Shown here one piece after another: positions 55,357 through 64,000 of a stretch of 64,000 bases of DNA. Numbering within the stretch: the stretch's first letter is position 1; each line of letters begins with the position of its first letter. This stretch comes from Octopus vulgaris (Eukaryota), in contig OX597834.1 in the NCBI GenBank assembly GCA_951406725.2, positions 18,414,001 through 18,478,000 on the forward strand. Direction: 5' to 3'. The notes beneath the pieces were generated by a model that saw nothing but the letters and a program-made list of their open reading frames with translations, had not been told where the DNA came from and did not search any database. The translations under genes were made by a program, and so were the position numbers.

Positions 55357-55762
55357 TATCATATTCTATCTTTTTAAAAAAAAACAGAGGCGAGATACTG
55401 GACAATGTAGTCCTGGATATGCAGGTAGACAGAAGTGTCACAACTGGACTGTCTTTCATTGTCTTCTGAACAACAGGAGGCTCCGACCAACGAGAGATCT
55501 GTGTGCAAGAAACAGGAGCTAAACCTCCTTCAAAGTACATCCTACCGTCTTAAAAGATAAGGGCACATTAGACGATGTAGTCCTAGATATACTATGTCCG
55601 AAGAAAAAAAGATGGGATGATCTTGGCTGAAGCACCTTTGTTCATATATCTGCTTGATCAGGGCCGACTTGAGACTAAATAGCATTGCTTCTCTTTGTCT
55701 ATTGTTATTGTAGTGTGACAGATGGACAAGATACAAAAAGTGTGAGGACAAAGAAAAAGTAG

Positions 55763-55833
<71 letters not shown>

Positions 55834-56011
55834 CGTGTAAAGGAGGGAGGTTGGGAGTGAAGTAGGTGAGTAGGTATGTAGGTAGATAGCTAGAGACGTA
55901 GGTCTAGAGCGTGAGTGATAGAGTTAAAGGGACAAAAAAAGATCAATAGAATATCACTGACAGATAAAGAAAGAGAAAAAGGGAGAACGACAGAGACAGT
56001 GACGGGGAAGG

Positions 56012-56079
<68 letters not shown>

Positions 56080-56454
56080 GTGTGTATGTGTGTGTGTTAT
56101 GCATGTGTGTATTATGTATGAGTAGCTTCACTGATTCTGTTACCCCATCTCATCTCAGCCTTAAATGTTCACTGACCGAGTTAGCGAAGAAGCCTCTACT
56201 TGGTCCCTTTAACCAAACCTTAAATTTTTACCCCACTGTGTTAGAAATGAACACGTTACATAATTTGGCATTTGGTTTCCCGCATTTAGGAAGAAGACGA
56301 GATAATCACAGCTGGTATAAGTTTGATCAGGGTTAAACACAACATAAACAACATTGACTGGTATCAGGCATAGTATCACCACTAACCATTGTCGCAACCA
56401 TCGGCAACACTACACCATAAACCACCAATACTACAACCATACAACCACAATATA

Positions 56455-56687
56455 TATTTCTTTATTGCCCACAAGGGGCTTAACACAGAGAGGACAAACA
56501 ACGACAGACAAAGGGATTAAGTCGATTACATCGACCCCAGTGTGAAACTGGTACTTTATTTATCGACCCCGAAAGGATGCAAGGCAAAGTCGACCTCGGC
56601 GGAATTTGAACTCAGAACGTAAAAACAGACGAAATACCGCCAAGCATTTCGCCCGGCGCGCTAACGTGTCTGCCAGCTCGCCGCCTT
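56455..56687 (-). mobile_element. SINE family A
   Basis: 18 bp TSD CCATACAACCACAATATA. Confidence 0.92.
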
Positions 56688-57499
56688 CCATACAACCACA
56701 ATATAAGCAACCACAGTTACACATCCACACCATGAGCCACCGAGGAAGTCCCAACGTTTTATATAAACCATATAGAGCAGTCATGGATAACATGCGTCCC
56801 GCAGGACTTTCTGAATGGCTCACCGGACAAAAAATTACCTGGAATTTTTTAATTATCCGACCCGCCAAATGAGCCATATCTCATGCGCAGAGCCATCTTA
56901 GTAGAATTATAGGCCCCTGGGCAAATCAATGCACTAGGGCTTATAGTGTTTAGTGAGGATATTTTCTGCTTGGCTTTCGCTTTTCAAGCCGTTTCAATTT
57001 TGTTTCAATTGATTTCAATTTTGGTGTATTGATGTAGTTTTGTATCTTAATTATTGATATGAAATTCATTTTCGCCATAATTCAATAAATAAACAGTTAA
57101 TAGCTTTTAAAGTTTGCAAATTTTGGATAATTTTAGCCAATCGAAAATCACAGATATATTGGAGCCTGCTTCTATAGTAACAAGCCAAGCTGTTACGTAG
57201 TCTGCTTACCCCTTCGTATATGATGGAGGTATTGAAAATCTAGGAGGATGCGGTTGATCGGGCATTAAAAAAAATTTTCAATCAACAACAACACTGGTAA
57301 CACCTTTCCCCTAACAGTTTCAGATAATATACTCACGTCGCAGCCCACATAGACGCCCTCATGATAAGGACTCAAAAGTCAGTTTAAGGAAAAGAAGAAA
57401 ATATAAAAGACAGGAGCACAAGACGAAAGTTGCTTACCTTCCATTTTGTCAATGATTTGGGCACATTGCTTGCGTCCCAAAAGCAATACGGAAATACCT

Positions 57500-58070
57500 A
57501 AATGCAAAAGCCCCCGAACCTGATTAAATCACAGACAAAAACACTTAAAACACTAACATCTACAGCAATTAATGCCAACACAACATAAACAACATTGACT
57601 GGTATCAAATGCCGAGCAAATTCATAATTCCAAGCCCAACAAGAGCTCAAGCGAAGTAGCATTACGTTGATCTATCACCTTCCTATGTATATAACCTAAA
57701 CTTTTCCTAGAAATGTTGGTCAGTGAATCACTGAAGCAACGTACACATTCCCCTCACTAAATCACTACATTTAACCATCATATTGATAATGGGCCTAGCA
57801 CAGAGGATACATGACGGCTTTAACTACAAAAACATCTTTCACAAGTTACGTAAGGGTACGTTGAGAGATTTTAAACTGTTAGGTAACTATCAACACCAGT
57901 AACGCTTTCGACTCCGTTTTTGCTATCCACTTAACAAAATAATCAACAAAAATACAAGACACTGGTTAGCAAACAACCTGTCAAATCAGCAAGCGTATTT
58001 TTGTACAAAATTAACACTCCCAGAATTTGCAATATCCGAAAGGAGCATCACAAGGACAGACTATAGGTAT
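57500..58070 (+). pseudogene. Decayed Jockey/I-like LINE RT fragment
   Basis: IPKPNK, IHDGFNYK, AFDSV and GASQG motifs in the expected order. Confidence 0.55.
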
Positions 58071-58274
58071 TGCGTCATCACTGGTACTTAATTTATCGAC
58101 TCCGAAGACTTAACCACACAACTATCTCAACTTTACAAGACACATAAAGTAGGTTCCTACCAAATCTATTGTCTCTCTTCTTACCAAGAACACCAGAGAA
58201 CATCAAATCTAACTCAACAACAAATATACCACGCACACACTGATAACAAAATACTAAGTGGTATATGTAACACT

Positions 58275-58495
58275 GCTGGCAGAAATGTTAGCACGCCGGG
58301 CGAAATGCTTAGCGGTATTTCGTCTGCGTTACGTTGTGAGTTCAAAATCCGCCGAGGTCGACTTTGCCTTTCATCCTTTCGGGGTCGATAAATTAAGTAC
58401 CAGTTACGCACTGGGGTCGATGTAATCGACTTAATACCTATGTCTGTCCTTGTTTGTCCCCTCTGTGTTTAGCCCCTTGTGGGTAATAAAGAAAT
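58275..58495 (+). mobile_element. SINE family A
   Basis: TSD GGTATATGTAAC. Confidence 0.92.
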
Positions 58496-58609
58496 GGGTA
58501 TATGTAACTCTTCTATAACACTCACACTCTCATAGAAAAGAAGGCTGTCATAATCGGCCGTCAGAAAGAAACACAACGGCATAGAATATGGTCGAATAAG
58601 GTAGTGAGC

Positions 58610-58685
58610 TTAATCGACTTAATCCGTTTGTCTGTCCTTGTTTGTCCCCTCTGTGTTTAGCCCCTTGTGGGCAGTAAAGAAATAA
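58610..58685 (+). mobile_element. 5'-truncated SINE A
   Basis: Tail only; AGAATATGGTCGA repeated at the flanks. Confidence 0.8.
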
Positions 58686-59036
58686 GAATATGGTCGAGTC
58701 AGGTATACTACATGCCATTGGGAACAACAAAATTGCACCTCACTCAAGTTCAGTGCGTGAGGAAAATATGTAAGCACTCAGAAATGTCAAAATAAACCTG
58801 TCAAACGACAAAAGGGCTTCCACCTGCAACTCCAGCAACCCCACAGCCACCAAGCGCTTATGCTAGAAACAGCAGTTACACACACCGAAATAAAACAAAA
58901 AAGACGAAATATTAGATGATATAGTCCCAGAGACATCCATAAAAAATATGGGATATTCACGGCTGGAATACTTTGGATCATTGATCAGTTCAATGAAGGC
59001 TAATAACAACCATCACCACATGTCAGTCCATTAACG

Positions 59037-59342
59037 CACCACCACCACCACCACCTCTACCAAAACCACCACCACCACCACCACCATCACCACCTCCACC
59101 ACCACCACCACCACCTCTACCACCACCACCACCACCACCACCACCACCACCACCACCACCACCACCACCACCACCACCACCACCACCACCACTACCACCA
59201 CCGCCTCTACCACCACCACATCTACCACCACCACCACCACCACCACCACCACCACCACCACCACCACCACCACCACCACCACCACCACCACCACCACCAC
59301 CACCACCACCACCACCACCACCAGCAGCAGCAGCAGCAGCAG
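59037..59342. repeat. (CAC)n-(CAG)n microsatellite
   Basis: Visible. Confidence 0.95.
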
Positions 59343-60017
59343 AACACAATCGTCCTACATGTAAAACTACTAGCACCTACGGCTTCCCCGCCATCACAAC
59401 ACTGGTACCTAACCTGCCAATAATACAACCACCAACACAATATGTAACTCCCATCTCCTCATCAACCACGATTTAACCACCATTGCCAACCAACACTGGC
59501 AAAATTACCTTCGCCACTCCACCACCACCACCACCCATATATTACCATCGCCCTTATCTGCATCTCCACCCTCCCCTGCAACTTTACATGTAACTTCACC
59601 ACCCTGCCACGTGCAACACTGTCCCCATCATCATTACAATTCCGACCCTTCACATACGTGTTGCTCCCTCACCCTGACTACCACCTGCAACTCCGCTACT
59701 TTGACTCCCTTCCATCATCACTATTCAGTCCCCCTAATTTCTATTATCCACGAAGGGCAACAAGTTATAAATAGAACTGTTCTTGTTATTGTAATTGTAA
59801 TTGTTGTTGTCATGGTGTCTATTGTTGTTGTTGTTGTTGTTGTCATTGTGTCTCTTGCCAGACGCTGTCTGTCATTTTGTCTGTTACTACTATTACTGAT
59901 TTTGTTGTCATTGTGTCCATTGATGCAGTCACTATCGCAGCCGTCATCGTCTCTATTGTTGCTGCTGTTGTTATTGTTGCTGTCCCTATATTTTTTGCTG
60001 CTGTTGTTACCGTTATT

Positions 60018-60366
60018 GTGGAGGCGCAGTGGCCCAGTGGTTAGGGCAGCGGACTCGCGGTCATAGGATCGCAGTTTCGATTCCCAGACCGGGCGTTGTG
60101 AGTGTTTATTGAGCGAAAACACCTAAAGCTGTACTCTTTCACCACAACTTTCTCTCACTCTTTCTTCCTGTTTCTGTTGTGCCTGTATTTCAAAGGGCCG
60201 GCCTTGTCACTCTCTGTGTCACGCTGAATATCCCCGAGAACTAAGTTAAGGGTACACGTGTCTGTGGAGTGCTCAGCCACTTACACGTTAATTTCACGAG
60301 TAGGCTGTTCCGTTGGTCGGATCAACCGGAACCCTCATCGTCGTAACCGACGGAGTGCTTCCATCC
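60018..60366 (+). mobile_element. SINE family B with internal deletion
   Basis: ACCGTTATTGTG at both flanks; lacks the segment between AAAGCT and GTACTC (GCT microhomology). Confidence 0.9.
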
Positions 60367-60885
60367 ACCGTTATTGTGATTGTGCCTTTTCCTACTACCG
60401 CTGTTATTATGGTTGTTATTGTATTGTTGTTAATGTCACTGTTGTGGTCGTTGCTGTCTATTACTGTTGTTATTATTGTAATTATGATTGTTAATATTAC
60501 TGCCGTCGCTGCTGTATTACCGCTATTGCTGTTGTTGGGTCTATTACTGCTGTTGCTGTTGTGTCTATGGTTGTTGTTGATAATTTTCTTGTTACTACTT
60601 TGTGGTTGCAATTATTTTTCATATTATGTATTGTTGCTGTTATTGCTGTCATTATCGCCGTGGTCAACGCTCAATTAATAGATCTAAAGGCATTACAATT
60701 AAGACCATCTAATCTTTTAGTGGGTATCTACAACCCCATTATCAAATGCTTTTTAGCGACCTTTATACAACTTATTGAAGTTTTGGCCGCTCATCGGTTT
60801 TCACCGGTTTATTGGAGTAATAAAACAGCTGTACTTCTCAGCCATACGCTAACTATATAAACAGAAATCGAAGCAGTTCTCCCCA

Positions 60886-60924
<39 letters not shown>

Positions 60925-61714
60925 TCTGTCTCTCACACACATAGACACATACATACATACACACTTCTATATAACTCATCCATTGTGAGAAATCAGCACA
61001 ATCGTTCGTCGTCTCCTCTTGCTTCAGTTAGTCTTAATACAAAGCCCCTTTCAGTTGAACGGGATATCGATTTGCCGTATCTCTATTCCGCCAGGTTAAC
61101 GACCACATACGTTTATTCCTTTTCTTTTATCTTCACAATATTTTACTCCTCGCTTTACACGCTTACCTCGAGGGAACCTATAAATCATGACTATATGGAT
61201 TACATCACTGACTTCCCAAAAACATTCAAAACATCTTTACTCCTCCTACAGTACGTACTAAATCAAAACCTGTTTTTTAATGAATGCTACTATGAAATCG
61301 TTACTGTTCTCTGTATGAAATACCTATACTCTACGAACGTTTAGAAATTGTTTACATCTGTAATTTAACCCCGTTACTTGTTCTTTAACCCTGTACTACT
61401 TAGGCCAAAGTGATATAATTCTACTTTGTGTGTGCACGCAATATCTTTGAAGCTCATAAACCGAATGTGGTGTGCTCTAAACTCGAATAAAAAAAGGACA
61501 CAAGTTTTACTCTCCCGTTCAGCTGTACCTGACAACTGTTGAACTACTTTTCCATTCAAGCAAGTGAATCTTTTTTTTTTTCAGCGGTGCGCAATAATGC
61601 CATCGTGAGGAACACCTCGAAACGGCACGTAGTCTCTCTTGATGAACCCATAAGCCTGCTTGTGTCCAGTAGGTGGAGCTTTCAACTGGTAGCACTTGAA
61701 TCTGCGAGTTGTTT

Positions 61715-61767
<53 letters not shown>

Positions 61768-61816
61768 TACATCACTCTCTTTCTGTCTCTCTCTTTATAT
61801 ATGTGTGTGTGTGTAA

Positions 61817-62046
61817 GGCGGCGAGCTGGCAGAAACGTTAGCACGCCGGGCGAAATGCGTAGCCGTATTTTGTCTGCCGTTACGTTCTGGGTTCAAATTC
61901 CGTCGAGGTCGACTTTGCCTTTCATCCTTTCGGGGTCGATAAATTAAGTACCAGTTACGCACTGGGGTCGATGTAATCGACTTAATCCCTTTGTCTGTCC
62001 TTGTTTGTCTCCTCTGTGTTCAGCCCCTTGTGGGTAGTAAAGAAAT
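61817..62046 (+). mobile_element. SINE family A
   Basis: Full head, centre and tail. Confidence 0.92.
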
Positions 62047-62087
62047 ATATATATATGTGTGTGTATGTGTGTGCATATGTGTACAAC

Positions 62088-62138
<51 letters not shown>

Positions 62139-62539
62139 GAGTATACAGCCCCACACACACACACATGTGAGTATACAGCCACACACACACATGTGAGTAT
62201 ATACACACACACACACACACACACATATATGAGTATATAGCCACACACACACACATTTGGTTGTACTGTTGTTTTAATCCTTTCTCTGGGTAGATGTTGT
62301 TGCTCATTGTCGCTGCAGCTTTTGTTATGTTGTACTCAACGACCTCAACTTCTGCACTATAGTTTTAAATTCAGGTAGTTTATCTCAGTTGCCGTTTCTA
62401 TGTTGTTATCTAAACACAGACACGTGCAAACACGCGAGCACACTGACACAACTGCACGCACACACACACACACAAGCATATACACATACGCACACGTGCG
62501 CGCGTGTGTAATATCCCTATATCGATCGCATCATTGTGA

Positions 62540-62940
62540 GTACTTGAAGGGCTACAATCGTCGAGTCTCCTCTTCGGTTGAAATAAAATCTTGGGGTAGG
62601 AAAATAATAATTGCCAGGGAAAACCCTTTCATATTCTATATTTCAGAAGGTCGGTACCACTTCTAGGAAATGCCCATATTCTGCTTGAAAATACTATGTA
62701 GTTTTGAAGGATTTAGTCGAACAAATCAACCCCAAGCTATACCAGTCACCGGACTGGATACCATACCAAAGACTCCGGTGTCTCTGTCCAGATCAAGAAC
62801 CCAATACTGTAACAGCTTAGGGTTCAAAGGACTACAAATTTTCGATACAGTACTAAAAGGTCTCAGAGATACTACGCAATAAACATAATTTGAAACAAAC
62901 ATTTTGAAACGATTTTCACTTTGTAATATCATTCTGCTAT
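62540..62940 (+). pseudogene. CR1-group LINE 3' ORF2 fragment
   Basis: TQYCNSLGFKGLQIFDTVLKGLRD (cf. NSL...GPRLFN.LP..LR). Confidence 0.5.
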
Positions 62941-63129
62941 TAAAGAGGAAAACCAACATTGAACTTGAATAAATCTAGAAAGAAAAAATTAAGGGGAATC
63001 AGGGAGCCGCTTCGAGCCAACGGAGGAACTTTAACACTCTCACACGTCCTGTTGAAAATAGCTAAATCTGACCCAAATCACATCACACCATGGAAATATG
63101 AATAGATAAATGAATAAGTAAGCAACAGT

Positions 63130-63345
63130 TGTTTCAGGTTCTGGCACCAAACCGCAGTTTTAGTGGTAAGGAGACAGCTGTTTACTTCGTCTCCAGTACT
63201 GGATAGGTACTTTGTTTTATCGGGCCCGAAAGGATGAAAGCAAAATCGACCCCGGCGTTATTTGAACTCAAAATGTAAAGTGCTAGAAGAATTGCTCCTA
63301 AACATTTTGTTCGATGCACACTGACGGTTCTGCTCGCTAACCGCC

Positions 63346-63444
<99 letters not shown>

Positions 63445-63484
63445 CGATGACGATGACGATAACAAAAACAAAAACAACAACAAC

Positions 63485-63541
<57 letters not shown>

Positions 63542-63900
63542 CCTTTCTATTAAAGGCACAAGGCCTGAAATTTTGGGAGAGGGGACTAGTCGATTACATC
63601 GACCCCAGTGTTTCACTGATACTTAATTTATCGACCTCGAAAAGATGAAAGGCAAAGTCGATCTCGGCAGAATTTGAACTCAGAACATAAAGACAGACAA
63701 AATGCTGCTAAGCATTTTGCCCAGCATACTAACGATTCTGCCAGCTCACCGTCTCAAATTTTGACACAAGGCCAGTCATTTCGGGAGTTGAGGGGTAAGT
63801 AGATTACATCGATCCCAGTGCTTGACAATTATTTATTTTATCGACCCCGAAAGGATGAAAAGCCAAATCGACTCTGCAGAATTTGAGCCCAGAACATAAA
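63130..63900 (-). mobile_element. Three SINE A-related copies separated by TAA/GAT microsatellites
   Basis: Repeated GAAAGGATGAAAGGCAAAGTCG-like domains. Confidence 0.85.
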
Positions 63901-64000
63901 CCAAAGTCAATAAATGGAACCTAAGAAAGTTTATTCAGATTACAGCCCTTTATATAATAGTTCGAATCGCACCGAAATCACTTTTGCCTTTCAGCCTCCA

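Overview
A repeat-saturated eukaryotic window with no recognisable intact host gene, so probably intergenic or intronic. The dense TACA/CA/TA/CAT microsatellites and tRNA-derived SINE families suggest an octopus (coleoid cephalopod) genome; this is inference from recalled repeat motifs. Nearly all listed ORFs are microsatellite or SINE read-throughs. Real coding remnants are all transposon-derived: CR1-group, L1/Tx1 and Jockey/I-like LINE fragments, hAT and mariner transposase fragments, and an internally deleted pogo-like element carrying an in-frame HTH/PHD mini-ORF. Non-autonomous Helitrons, a hAT MITE and at least three SINE families are also present. The main signal not explained by the ORF track is a set of type I hammerhead ribozyme (HHR) motifs. 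Two have intact cores (37359-37419 minus; 45737-45827 plus), two are minimal variants, and several are degenerate. Many lie in short non-coding units next to (TA)n/(CA)n tracts or within inverted pairs, consistent with Penelope-derived, retrozyme-like elements. A 260 bp perfect fold-back at 42505-42764 is also notable. Family names come from recalled motifs, not database searches.
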